Part shown: piece after piece, positions 9,357 through 19,311 of the stretch | Numbering within the stretch: the stretch's first letter is position 1 | Layout of the letters: each line of letters starts with the position of its first letter | Assembly: GCA_016935665.1 (NCBI GenBank) | Contig: JAFGQN010000148.1 | Coordinates: 69,384 to 133,383 of the forward strand | Origin: Deltaproteobacteria bacterium | GTDB lineage: Bacteria; Myxococcota_A; Polyangia; JAAYKL01 | DNA length: 64,000 nucleotides | Direction: 5' to 3' | The notes under the pieces: generated by a model | The model's database searches: none | What the model saw: only the letters and a program-made list of their open reading frames with translations | What the model was told of the DNA's origin: nothing | Position numbers and translations under genes: made by a program

Positions 9357-9687
9357 AATGGGATTTCGAATGCAGCAACCGACTGCGAGTTCGATTTCTT
9401 CGGCTGTTCAAAAGACATAGTGATTACCACCGTGCTGATGAAACTGCATTTATCGACGTTCAACGCATATCGCACTTTTTCAGTTTGGCGTCCATTGCAC
9501 ACGACACGTTACATGCGTCTCAGTAAGTGCACTGCTGAAAGTCCCATGGTTCTTCCTCTGTGTCCATACTGGTTATTTCAAAGCATGCGGTCTGCCATTG
9601 CTCAAGCGCCATGCATGCGTCAATTCGCTCCCAGGGTATCATGGACTGAGGCAGGATTTAAGCACAATGCATTTTGTGTCAGGCAGC

Positions 9688-10158
9688 TCAATACAGAGAG
9701 CTGGCGGAAATGCCGCCGGCGGTTTGGGAAAGATACGGGGAGACGCCCACAAATCGAAAGGTGGGCACTCTTTTTTTCTGACGTTCACGTTCTTCGGCGA
9801 CGGCTTCCAGTTTGCGCGTGTTCACACCGTATCCGATTGCACCGATAGGAATCAGCGGCAGGCAGACAAAAGCAGCGCCTGCGGAATATGTCATCCAGTT
9901 TCCCTGCAGTAACACCGCGCCCAGAGTAAATCCGATTGCGCCCAGTACCGTACCGCTGATGCCAATGTCTCTGATGACCGAAAACACGCGCTGCTTTTTG
10001 GCCAGCTTTCGCTGCATATGATCGGCGAACGTAGTTGAGCTGTTGTCGTTTGTCAGATAGTCGTCGTACTCGGCGCTATCCTTGTGTTTTTCACGAATCA
10101 ATGATTTGAGGGGCTCTAGTGCGGGCATTGTGCCAACAGATTGCTGTTGTCGTAACAT
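9688..10158 (-). CDS. Small hypothetical membrane protein (two predicted TM helices)
   Basis: This ORF is the one with good length. It has Gly-zipper TM segments (ISGTVLGAIGFTLGAVLL; AAFVCLPLIPIGAIGYGV). An internal Met was chosen as start (MLRQQQ...); the start is uncertain and there is no recognisable family. Confidence 0.3.
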   Translation of the reverse strand: MLRQQQSVGTMPALEPLKSLIREKHKDSAEYDDYLTNDNSSTTFADHMQRKLAKKQRVFSVIRDIGISGTVLGAIGFTLGAVLLQGNWMTYSAGAAFVCLPLIPIGAIGYGVNTRKLEAVAEERERQKKRVPTFRFVGVSPYLSQTAGGISASSLY

Positions 10159-10735
10159 ACCGATATTATGTGTTTTTATTTTGACGGTAATCGATTTGTG
10201 ATTGCGATAATGCAACTTGTTGATGGATTTGTGCTGTAATATTGAGACGCAGTAGCGTCTATGCAACGTGGGTTGCGGATGGCATGCAGGATTTAAGTTG
10301 AAGTTATTGGTATTATGGGGAATGCGTCATTTTGTATTTGGTTTCGTGATAAATGGCGTGTGTCAAGGGTTGGTAAAATGATGGCAAGGCGAGCGGGCCT
10401 ACGTCCCAAAGGCCCAGATCCGGGTAATTATTTTCTGCATGGCATCGCGAACCGGAACGCCTGTTTCATTTTCGCAGACACGGCAAACGGACATACGAAT
10501 CAGTCGGGGAGATGAAGCGAGTCGGAGAGAGGGAAACCGGAATCGTTTATGTACAATACATTGACGTGGCAAATGAATCCGGAACCGCGAAGCGAATCAG
10601 ACTGACAAAGATGGTACTGAATGACGAGACACGGAACGGCGACAAAGAGCTGTCACAAACATTGGAAAAAGGAAGGCAGGCGCCACAAAAATTTTCGATT
10701 TATACAGGAGTCGCTGGGGAATCGAAATCGCGTTT

Positions 10736-11188
10736 TTGCGCCTGACCAGTCATCTGAATTCGGAAATCAATACGCTCGGATATCCGAAAGCGGCGCTGTT
10801 CGGATTTTGCGTGGCGATGGTCGCCTACACGATACATGCGGTACTTAAAGCGGCATTGAGCAGCGTGAATAGCGTTGAAAAAATCGAAAATGAAGTGTCG
10901 GGATATTACATCGCGGATGAAATCTCCAACGTGTACGGTGGAATGATGATTGCGATTCCGCATTCAATAGTCGGCCCAGTGGAGATCTTCGTCGATTTGT
11001 TGACCGGTGAGGCACATCAGCCAGGAGAGGCGTTTCGCTTTCCGGCGATAGCCATCGTTGGCAACCTGATGGGGGGCAGCGTTTTTGTCGCAGCATTGAA
11101 TTATACACAAATTCGGTGCACTCAGTCCAATGACCCTTCCGGGCCGGTTCAAAGAAGCACGGGGAGTGACCCAAAAAATGAACCGTAA
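10736..11188 (+). CDS. Hypothetical 3-TM membrane protein
   Basis: A 150-aa ORF with three hydrophobic segments. It is convergent with hflC. The coding signal is weak, and the preceding 500 bp have overlapping ORFs in all three frames. Confidence 0.25.
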   Translation: MRLTSHLNSEINTLGYPKAALFGFCVAMVAYTIHAVLKAALSSVNSVEKIENEVSGYYIADEISNVYGGMMIAIPHSIVGPVEIFVDLLTGEAHQPGEAFRFPAIAIVGNLMGGSVFVAALNYTQIRCTQSNDPSGPVQRSTGSDPKNEP

Positions 11189-11287
11189 ATACAAAGAGGA
11201 ATTTCGCTTTAAAATCAAACCCCCGTCAAACGAAATGCAGCATGCCATTGGCAATACGCCTGCAATGTCCAATTTCGTTCTGTGACT

Positions 11288-12244
11288 TCAGTTGGTTGGT
11301 TCGGCATGTTTAATGTATCGATAGAAATCGCTGTCCGTCGTGAGCAGTAAAACGGACTTTGCATTCGCGCTGTCTTTATAGCTTTCAAGGGTCTGCAAAA
11401 AGGAATAGAATTCCGGATTCTGATTGTATGCAGCGCCATATATGCGCGTTGCTTCCGCATCGGCAACACCTTGTACTTCCTGTACCTGACGATAAGCGGT
11501 TGAACGAATATCGCGCAATTCCTTTTCCATGGTACCCAGAATCTCCGCACTGCGTCCCTCACCCTCGGAACGGAACTGGGCGGCTATTCGTTTTCGCTCC
11601 GAAATCATCCGCTGATACACTTTTAATCGCACGCTTTCCACATAATCCAGTCGCTTGATGCGTACGTCTACGAGTTCAATGCCATACTGCGGAATAATCC
11701 GGCGCGCCTCGTTCAATATTGTTCGCGTAATTTCCTCCCTGCCGCGTGCAATCTCTTGTTTTAGCGCTGCTTCCTGTTCTTTGGGAATGTCCTTTAGCGC
11801 ATCGTCTTTGGGTACAACCCAGGATGCACTGCGAACCAGCTCCACCAGTTCACTGCTGGATACCTGGTCGCGCACCACAGAATCGATGATGTCGTTCAAA
11901 CGAGACTGAGCACCTGTTTCGCTGGCAACATTCTCCAGGAATTTTTTGGCATCCACTATTCTCCAACGCGCTGTTGTGTCCACCCAAATGAACTCCCGAC
12001 CCTTGGTGGGAATCTGGTTGGGATCGCCATCCCAGATTAAAAGACGTTGCTCAAATCGCAACACCTCCTGTACAAAAGGCATTTTTATATGCAGCCCCGG
12101 ACTGGTAATCGGTTCCCCTACCGTTCGACCAAATTCTACAACGATCGCCTGCTGGCCCTCTTCGACGGTGTAAAGCGTGTTATACAAAACAATAACACCA
12201 GCGATCAGAAATCCGGCCAGAGCTAATTTCATGGTGTTTTTCAT
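11288..12244 (-). CDS. hflC: Protease modulator HflC (SPFH/band-7 family)
   Basis: An N-terminal TM helix is followed by the SPFH domain (IVVEFGRTVGEPITSPGLHIKMPFVQEV) and a coiled-coil C-terminus. Its start overlaps the hflK stop (ATGA). Confidence 0.85.
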   Translation of the reverse strand: MKNTMKLALAGFLIAGVIVLYNTLYTVEEGQQAIVVEFGRTVGEPITSPGLHIKMPFVQEVLRFEQRLLIWDGDPNQIPTKGREFIWVDTTARWRIVDAKKFLENVASETGAQSRLNDIIDSVVRDQVSSSELVELVRSASWVVPKDDALKDIPKEQEAALKQEIARGREEITRTILNEARRIIPQYGIELVDVRIKRLDYVESVRLKVYQRMISERKRIAAQFRSEGEGRSAEILGTMEKELRDIRSTAYRQVQEVQGVADAEATRIYGAAYNQNPEFYSFLQTLESYKDSANAKSVLLLTTDSDFYRYIKHAEPTN

Positions 12245-13302
12245 GGTTGTACCCTTTCCGCTGGTTTTGCAGTTCTGATTTGTCCACTTGACTCCAGCGA
12301 AAATGTCGGCACCATCGCCTTCTGGTCCTTATCAAAGATATAAAGCTGTTTCATCCCTTTTAAAAAACGATTCATTGCTTCCAGATACAGGCGTCGTCGG
12401 GTCACAGTCGGTGCGCCCTTGTATTCAGCGAGAATGGCGCTGAACCGCGTCGCTTCGCCTTCTGCCCGATTGACGCGTTCAAGGGCATAGCCTTCCGCTT
12501 CGCTGATACTTTGCGCTGCCACACCTCTCGCTTTTGGTATTTCCCGATTCGCACGCTCCTGTGCTTTATTGATAGTCTGTTCCTTATCCTGTCTGGATTC
12601 GTTCACTTCATTGAATGCGGGCTTTACCGTATCGGGAGGGGTCACATCCTGCAGTTCCACCGTAACCAGGCGGACACCAGTATCGTATTCGTTGAGCACT
12701 TTTTGAATTTCCATTTTTGCCTCTGTCGCCACCGCGACACGTCCCGTGGTCAGGACATCGCTGCCAAGTCGATTTCCCACCGCTCGTCTCATAATTGCTT
12801 CCGATGTGTCGCGAATGGTTTTGGGTGTATTGCGTACATGAAACAAATATCGTACAGGGTCTTCAATTCGGTATTGAATGATCCACTGAACGTCAATCAC
12901 ATTTAGATCTCCAGTGAGCATCAGAGATTCGTCTTTAAACGAATCGCTCGAATCGTAGCGGGTTTTCTCACCCGGAGTCGATGATACGGTTCTAAAACCA
13001 AATTCCTCTTTTAGAACGCGTGCGGTGGGCACCAGTTTTACTGTTTCGATACCAAACGGCATCTTAAAATGCAATCCAGGGTCAGCAGAGCGCATCACCT
13101 TTCCAAAACGTTGAACAATACCTGTTTCCTCAGGTTGAACTGTGAACCAGCAGGTCCACGCAAATACGAATATAAATACCACAGCAATTATAAGTAAAAC
13201 GATTCGTTTACCTTTGAACCTTTGAATTGTATCCCGCGCCAGCTGTAATGCGTCATCTATTTCCAACGGTATACTGCCATGGTTGTCGTTTTCATCGTCC
13301 AT
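12241..13302 (-). CDS. hflK: Protease modulator HflK (SPFH/band-7 family)
   Basis: A TM helix is followed by QPEETGIVQRFGKVMRSADPGLHFKMPFGIETV and a long coiled-coil region. It is paired with hflC. Confidence 0.85.
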   Translation of the reverse strand: MDDENDNHGSIPLEIDDALQLARDTIQRFKGKRIVLLIIAVVFIFVFAWTCWFTVQPEETGIVQRFGKVMRSADPGLHFKMPFGIETVKLVPTARVLKEEFGFRTVSSTPGEKTRYDSSDSFKDESLMLTGDLNVIDVQWIIQYRIEDPVRYLFHVRNTPKTIRDTSEAIMRRAVGNRLGSDVLTTGRVAVATEAKMEIQKVLNEYDTGVRLVTVELQDVTPPDTVKPAFNEVNESRQDKEQTINKAQERANREIPKARGVAAQSISEAEGYALERVNRAEGEATRFSAILAEYKGAPTVTRRRLYLEAMNRFLKGMKQLYIFDKDQKAMVPTFSLESSGQIRTAKPAERVQP

Positions 13303-13338
13303 TCTCTGCCTCCATCGTCCCTGGTGTCGGGCTCAGTT

Positions 13339-13530
13339 TCAGTTGTCTGCTGGTTTGATTCTTTGTTTCGATACGGTTGACCATCTGGACGCACGATATA
13401 CCGGGCATTTTTCCAGGTCTGCGGTTACCAGCGGCACAAGCGCCACAAACGTCCTCCAGCTGTCATAGTAATAGCCGGCTCCAGCAATGGCGATTCCAAC
13501 TATCAAAAGTGTTATTCGAATAGATACCAC
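13339..13530 (-). CDS. Small membrane protein (63 aa) upstream of hflK
   Basis: One clear TM helix (ITLLIVGIAIAGAGYYY). It is short and has no family assignment. Confidence 0.25.
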   Translation of the reverse strand: MVSIRITLLIVGIAIAGAGYYYDSWRTFVALVPLVTADLEKCPVYRASRWSTVSKQRIKPADN

Positions 13531-14563
13531 CGGGGTTTATTTCATTACATTCTCCCCGTTTTGTGATGTACATGCAGTTGTGATTGCAACTGTCATGCCA
13601 GAGGCTTGACGTGCAAACCGCGTTTTTGTCGCAACCAAAAAAGAAAGAATGAATAAGAGACAAATGGTTGCCCCGCCACCTATCAGTCAAAACAATACGA
13701 ATTGATTTGTAAGATGACGAATCTGTTTGCTGCGGCTTTTGCGGCGCTCTTCAATCTTGCAGAGCTGGATACCAATCCTGCTGAACAAGACTGCGGTAAC
13801 CATCGTTTTTTTAACCCCAATTAGATAGCAAACCCTCGATTACCTCACGAATCAGCATAGCTTCGTCAACTACCGGAATCAGTTGTTGCAATATAGAAGA
13901 TTGATCCATTTGTTGTACCTGTTGACGTCACAGTTATTGCATCCGCGACGCGAATGCCAATAGTCCAATGTGTTTTAAATGGCGTCTGCAACATACAGAC
14001 CAATATGATGAAAATTGGCTGCTTGTTGGTACAGATTCTGCATAATTGGCATAGAGGATCATTCCTGTTCAATGACACACGAATCCAGGGAGACCATATA
14101 CACGCGAAATCGGGGCATACATCTTTGGGAAAGCAGTTTAAGTGTGATGTTACCGGCAATGATAAACGAAAGTTGGAGAAAATGAGCGGACGAAGCTGTA
14201 TTAACCTGGACCATAGAAGAGACAATGCTTCGATTCGAATATGCCATATGTGTGGTGAAATTCTGAATTATTTAGTGCCTGAAAAGCAGTGCAGCCAGGA
14301 CGAGCACAAGGAAAAGCGAAAACATCAGAACATGTACTGTTGCGATTGTGGCGCATACCTGCCCGAAACACTTCATTAGTACGTTATGTGGTAGCGTATG
14401 AAATACAATATGTTCAGGAAATTTCCGCGAAGAAGTTCCACTTTTAGCCAGGTCCCACATTCAACATACTGTTGATGCGGTGGTTCCCGAAGAAGAAAAA
14501 AAACCGAGTCGAATCAGACTTGCTGCAGCAGCCTTTGACAGAATCAAAAAGTAACCTGGTATT

Positions 14564-14974
14564 TCATATTATTAATTCTTTTACGGAAAAAATCTTCTGC
14601 GCACGCGCTTTTTGATTTTGTATAAGTTTTTTCACAATGGGGATGATTTCCTTTACATAGGTGTCCAGGCTCCCAATGAATTTGGGTCTGAGGCGTATAG
14701 CGAGTTTGATTGTGGCCTCACTGTCTTCTGAATGCAGGATAATGATTGCCGCATCTCGAATGAGTTCAGAAAGTGAAAGCAGGTTTTCAATATCGCTTTT
14801 GCAAACGCCCAGCATGATGATGATTTGGGGATTGTTGAATAGTCTCAGTCTTGCCGAAAACGAGTCAAAATCAGAATACATCTCCAATCCGTGATCTGGT
14901 TCCAGTGTTACAGTCAATTGTTCGAGGATACTTTGTCGTTCAATGATCGATTCTGGAGCAAAAAGATAATTCAT
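14564..14974 (-). CDS. Hypothetical protein with a degenerate receiver-like (CheY-fold) appearance, inside an AT-rich island
   Basis: MNYLFAPESII...IIIMLGV...AIIILHSEDSEATIKLAIRLRPKFIGS shows alternating beta/alpha periodicity reminiscent of REC, but the phospho-acceptor Asp is not evident. Confidence 0.25.
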   Translation of the reverse strand: MNYLFAPESIIERQSILEQLTVTLEPDHGLEMYSDFDSFSARLRLFNNPQIIIMLGVCKSDIENLLSLSELIRDAAIIILHSEDSEATIKLAIRLRPKFIGSLDTYVKEIIPIVKKLIQNQKARAQKIFSVKELII

Positions 14975-15850
14975 GATGTTCGTTTTCCGGGAACGAATCC
15001 CAAGGGTTGCATGTGCAGATGGGAGTCTTGCAATTATCAAACCATAATCTTATCAAATAGCGCAATTAAACATCTCCACAATGCTGATACGGATCCTTCA
15101 TTATCAGACCGAGGAAGGCAAACGCGCCGTCCCCAAACCGTTGAAACGGGATTGAATCATCGGTTGCAGTCCACAGTTCCCTTTGGGGGAAAAATTCGAT
15201 GTGCCGAGGTGTTTGACGCTGAACGTACCTGCCTTACGAGAATAATGAACCACGTCGATGGAAATGTAACAAGCGCCATCTCCCTATCCGGATTATCGCG
15301 CGCCCGATTCTGTGCGCTTTTAAAAAATCATGGAATGACGTCATACATTCGGTCTCAATAGCGATATTTTTTCTCGAGACAGTTGTCAAAAGTATGATTG
15401 AACAGGATTCCAATCTCGGTCAGTAAGACACCGCGATTAAATAAGATGGTGTGAACTGGAATACTTCCGACTTTATTCAGCTGATTTGTGGCATGGATAC
15501 TGCAGTAAATCTGCTTCATCAATGTGGTATTTCCATTTTCGATGACATTCGTATACCAGCAAGACTGCATGCTGTGAAACAGGAGACATTGTGCAATTTC
15601 AAACTGTTGGAGTTTTTTTTCCGGGTTCAATGCTAATTGTTGCTTTGCTGGTTTTGGCAGGAACGAAATTCTGCACTGTAAAACGACATACAATGGCAAT
15701 CGTCGGGCGGTTTGTCTGATTTGTAAGCACGGTCCCGAACACATTACACAATTGAGAGGTCGATTGAACTGACAGCTGACAATTGTCACAAACGCAGAAT
15801 CAGCGGTTAGAGTTCAGTGAGATTCAAAAGGATATGTATAACATTTTTAT

Positions 15851-18346
15851 ATGGAGGCTCGTTTGAAAAAAACCATGACTGATGCTTTTAACATTACACC
15901 GACAGCGATAGAACTTGGTCACTCGGTAAAAGAAAGCGCTTCGTTCAATGAAAAGAACAATGTGCAAAATATTGCAGATCGTCGTCCCCGGTCAAGTTTA
16001 CAAAGGACTTCTCCAGGGCTGTCAAATTCTGCATCACAAATGACCAGAATTCACAGAATTGCTGTGCTCGGCAATTACCTGCCAAGACAATGTGGAATAG
16101 CAACATTTACACAACATTTAAGCGATGCCATCTGTACTGAATTCCCAATTCTCAACTGCTCCGTACTTGCCATGAACGATTCTGGTAAACGGTATGCGTA
16201 TCCCGACAGGGTTCGGTTTGAAATTGAAGCGGCCGAAATATCTTCATATCACCGCGCTGCTGATTTTCTAAATGTGGGTGATGTTGATTTGGTGTCTGTA
16301 CAACATGAGTATGGGATATTTGGTGGCAAAGAAGGCTCTCACGTGCTGGCGATGCTAAGAGAATTGCGAATGCCAATTGTTACGACGCTGCACACTGTGC
16401 TTTCCCATCCCAGCAAACAACAGCGTCTGGTTATGGATGAAATAACACGAATCTCCGAGCGACTGGTAGTGATGAGTGTACATGGTGCAACGCTGCTTCA
16501 GGAAGTTCATGGCGTGTCGGATGAAAAGATAGATGTGATCCCGCATGGAATTCCAAACCTGCCCGATAGTATGCGCAGTAAAACCCAGCTTGGCGTCGAG
16601 GGGAAACAGGTTATTCTTACTTTCGGATTGCTCGCTCCCGACAAAGGAATCGAAAATGTCATTGACGCTCTACCCGAAATTTTAAAACAATATCCGCGAT
16701 CCCTTTACATTATTTTAGGTGTCACGCATCCACATGAAAAAGAAAAAAATGGTGAAGCATACCGCGTAATGCTTGAAAATAGGGCGGTAAAGCTGGGTGT
16801 GGATGCCAACGTTGTGTTTCATAATCGCTTTGTAAGTCAGACAGAGCTTAACAGCTTTCTGTCTGCTGCTGACATTTACATTACACCTTATCTCAATCCG
16901 GAGCAGATTACCTCCGGAACACTCGCATATGCACTGGGTGTCGGCAAGGCGGTTATCTCCACCCCCTATTCGTATGCTCGTGAACTTTTGGCGGAAGGAC
17001 GCGGGGTTCTTGTCCCATGGCCGAAGGATGATCCCAGAGGTATCTCAAATGCGGTAATAGGCATACTAGGTGACAAAAAGCAGCGTGCCACATATAGAAA
17101 ACTGGGAGCTGCCTACGGTCAAAATATGCGCTGGCCGAATGTGGCGCGTGCATACATACGGAGCTTTGACAAGGCTCTGGAAAATACGGCACTTCATCTT
17201 CGAGCGTCCTTTCATGTCCAGACACTTGCGGACCGACCAATTGGATTACCAGAGATTAACCTGGATCATCTGATGCAGTTGAGTGATGACACGGGAATTC
17301 TTCAGCATGCAGTATTTAATACGCCGCGTTACGATGACGGATACTGTCTTGATGACAATGCCCGCGCGTTTCTACTGACATCGCTTATCGAGGAGACCGG
17401 TGTGTGGAGTGGGAAAAGGACTCGCGCACTCGCTTCACGATATTTGGCGTTTATCGCCCATGCCTTCGAAAAAAGCACCGGCAGATTTAAAAATTTTATG
17501 TCCTATTCCAGACAATGGGCAGACGGATCCGGTTCGGAGGATAGCCATGGACGTGCCCTATGGGCGCTCGGTTCGGTGATTAAACACTCTGAATCCAAGG
17601 GACGTCGAAATCTCGCTGACGCACTGTTTCACGATGCGTTACCCATTATAACAAGCTTCACCAGTCCAAGGGCATGGGCGTACGCACTTTTAGGCATGGA
17701 CGAGTATCTGTGTGTTTTCGGTGGCGACCGCGATGTACAATCGCTTTACAGACAAATCTCCGAGAAACTCTTTGATCTTTACAAAAGAACGAGCACGCCA
17801 GAGTGGCCATGGTTCGAGGACCGGGCCACCTATTGCAATGCGAGAATGTCGCAGGCGCTTCTGCTTTGCGGCGCCAGAATGGAGAATTCGGCGATGATTG
17901 CATCGGGGCTCAAGTCACTTGAGTGGCTTTCAGAAATTCAGACATCGCACCAGGGAGAGGGATGGTTTACGCCAATCGGCTCAAATGGGTTTTATCCCAA
18001 AGGCGGAATCAGAGCGGCCTTCGACGAGCAGCCAGTCGAAGTCTATGCCATGATTTCTGCCTGTCTGGTAGCGCAAAGTATAACTGGAGAAGGACATTGG
18101 ATAAAAAGAGCACACAACGCGTTCAACTGGTTTTTGGGACAGAATCGGTTGCAGCAATCCCTCTATGATGCAGCAACCGGCGGATGTCGCGATGGGCTGC
18201 ATGCCGATCGTCCCAATGAGAATCAAGGTGCGGAGTCGACCCTTTCTTTCCTTATGGCGCTTTGTGAAATGCGGGCTGCTACCCTCGTCTTGCAACCTGG
18301 CAATAACGAATTGACCCTTTCGAATCCTGCGGAGACTAAATCATGA
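15851..18346 (+). CDS. Glycosyltransferase family 4 enzyme fused to a C-terminal glycosidase-like domain of about 370 aa (probable true start at ATG 16040)
   Basis: From MTRIHRIAVLGNYLPRQCGIATFTQHL onwards the sequence is a typical GT4, ending with the C-terminal EX7E-region motif ...YITPYLNPEQITSGTLAYALGVGKAVISTP. The C-terminal domain (EDSHGRALWALG..., WPWFEDRATYCNARM...) looks like an (alpha/alpha)6-barrel glycoside-hydrolase fold. The first 63 codons are low-complexity and may not be translated. Confidence 0.7.
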   Translation: MEARLKKTMTDAFNITPTAIELGHSVKESASFNEKNNVQNIADRRPRSSLQRTSPGLSNSASQMTRIHRIAVLGNYLPRQCGIATFTQHLSDAICTEFPILNCSVLAMNDSGKRYAYPDRVRFEIEAAEISSYHRAADFLNVGDVDLVSVQHEYGIFGGKEGSHVLAMLRELRMPIVTTLHTVLSHPSKQQRLVMDEITRISERLVVMSVHGATLLQEVHGVSDEKIDVIPHGIPNLPDSMRSKTQLGVEGKQVILTFGLLAPDKGIENVIDALPEILKQYPRSLYIILGVTHPHEKEKNGEAYRVMLENRAVKLGVDANVVFHNRFVSQTELNSFLSAADIYITPYLNPEQITSGTLAYALGVGKAVISTPYSYARELLAEGRGVLVPWPKDDPRGISNAVIGILGDKKQRATYRKLGAAYGQNMRWPNVARAYIRSFDKALENTALHLRASFHVQTLADRPIGLPEINLDHLMQLSDDTGILQHAVFNTPRYDDGYCLDDNARAFLLTSLIEETGVWSGKRTRALASRYLAFIAHAFEKSTGRFKNFMSYSRQWADGSGSEDSHGRALWALGSVIKHSESKGRRNLADALFHDALPIITSFTSPRAWAYALLGMDEYLCVFGGDRDVQSLYRQISEKLFDLYKRTSTPEWPWFEDRATYCNARMSQALLLCGARMENSAMIASGLKSLEWLSEIQTSHQGEGWFTPIGSNGFYPKGGIRAAFDEQPVEVYAMISACLVAQSITGEGHWIKRAHNAFNWFLGQNRLQQSLYDAATGGCRDGLHADRPNENQGAESTLSFLMALCEMRAATLVLQPGNNELTLSNPAETKS

Positions 18347-19311
18347 CCAGTCCAAAAAATACATTATACCCCAAACTGTTTCATCGACATCAGGCGAATC
18401 CGATTCTGACTGCAGCAGACTGGCCCTACCCGGTGCATACCGTATTTAATCCCGGTGCAACACTGCTTGGGGATGGCACCACTTTATTGTTATGTCGGGT
18501 CGAAGACCACCGAGGTCATTCCCACTTATGCGCTGCGCGCTCGGCCAATGGTATAGACGGTTGGGTCATTGATTCCGAACCAACATTTCTTCCGGATATT
18601 GCAAATCATCCCGAAGAGATATGGGGCGTGGAAGATCCTCGCATCACATATATTGAGGAATTGAATAAATATGCTGTCGTGTACACCGCTTTTAGCAAAG
18701 GGGGGCCCTGTGTGGCACTCGCCATGACAGAGGACTTTCGCAGTTTTCACCGTTTGGGGGAAATCATGACACCCGACGACAAGGACGCAGCGCTGATTCC
18801 CAAACGCATCGATGGCCACTTTTCGCTGATACATCGGCCGGCATATCATGCCACCGCACACATATGGATCACCTCATCGGTTGATTTACAGAACTGGGGG
18901 ACTCACAAATTGCTTCTGAAAGCGCGCAAGGGAGCGTGGTGGGATGCCAATAAGATAGGTCTTTCGCCGCCTTTAATTGAGACGGCACGAGGGTGGTTGA
19001 TGATCTACCACGGCGTGCGGACCACGGCTGCTGGTGCACTTTACAGACTTGGTGTGGCGCTGCTTGCACTCGATGATCCCCAAAAGTGTCTCCTTCGCGG
19101 TGACGCCTGGATTTTTGGACCGGAAACACCTTACGAATGCCATGGTGATGTCGACAACGTTGTTTTTGCCTGCGGTCACACCATTGGTGCAAATGGAGAT
19201 ACGCTCAATCTGTACTACGGTGCTGCCGATTCGTGCATCGCACTGGCAACCGGGAGTATTTCGGAATTGCTGGCGTGGCTGGATGTGCATGGTTCACCGG
19301 AGATTCATTGA
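18343..19311 (+). CDS. GH130-family glycoside phosphorylase / beta-mannoside-active 5-bladed propeller (DUF377)
   Basis: FNPGATLLGDG, WGVEDPRITYIEELNKYAVVYTAF and DAALIPKRIDGHFSLIHRP are the hallmark GH130 blocks (FNPG, EDPR). It overlaps the GT4 stop (ATGA). Confidence 0.65.
   Translation: MTSPKNTLYPKLFHRHQANPILTAADWPYPVHTVFNPGATLLGDGTTLLLCRVEDHRGHSHLCAARSANGIDGWVIDSEPTFLPDIANHPEEIWGVEDPRITYIEELNKYAVVYTAFSKGGPCVALAMTEDFRSFHRLGEIMTPDDKDAALIPKRIDGHFSLIHRPAYHATAHIWITSSVDLQNWGTHKLLLKARKGAWWDANKIGLSPPLIETARGWLMIYHGVRTTAAGALYRLGVALLALDDPQKCLLRGDAWIFGPETPYECHGDVDNVVFACGHTIGANGDTLNLYYGAADSCIALATGSISELLAWLDVHGSPEIH

Noticed and set aside
9354-9848. ORF 9354..9848 (+) downstream of the tRNA
   Set aside because: No SD, Cys/Arg/His-rich composition, no domain, and it overlaps a better minus-strand ORF. 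Judged non-coding.
10512-10848. ORFs 10512..10745 and 10621..10848 (+), overlapping in different frames
   Set aside because: Mutually exclusive frames, no motifs and poor start contexts. They may be remnants of a decayed gene but cannot be called as CDS.
15851-16039. N-terminal 63 codons of the GT4 ORF
   Set aside because: Low-complexity, Ser/Asn-rich, and precedes a canonical GT4 start (MTRIHRIAVLG at 16040). Likely not translated; kept within the feature with a note.
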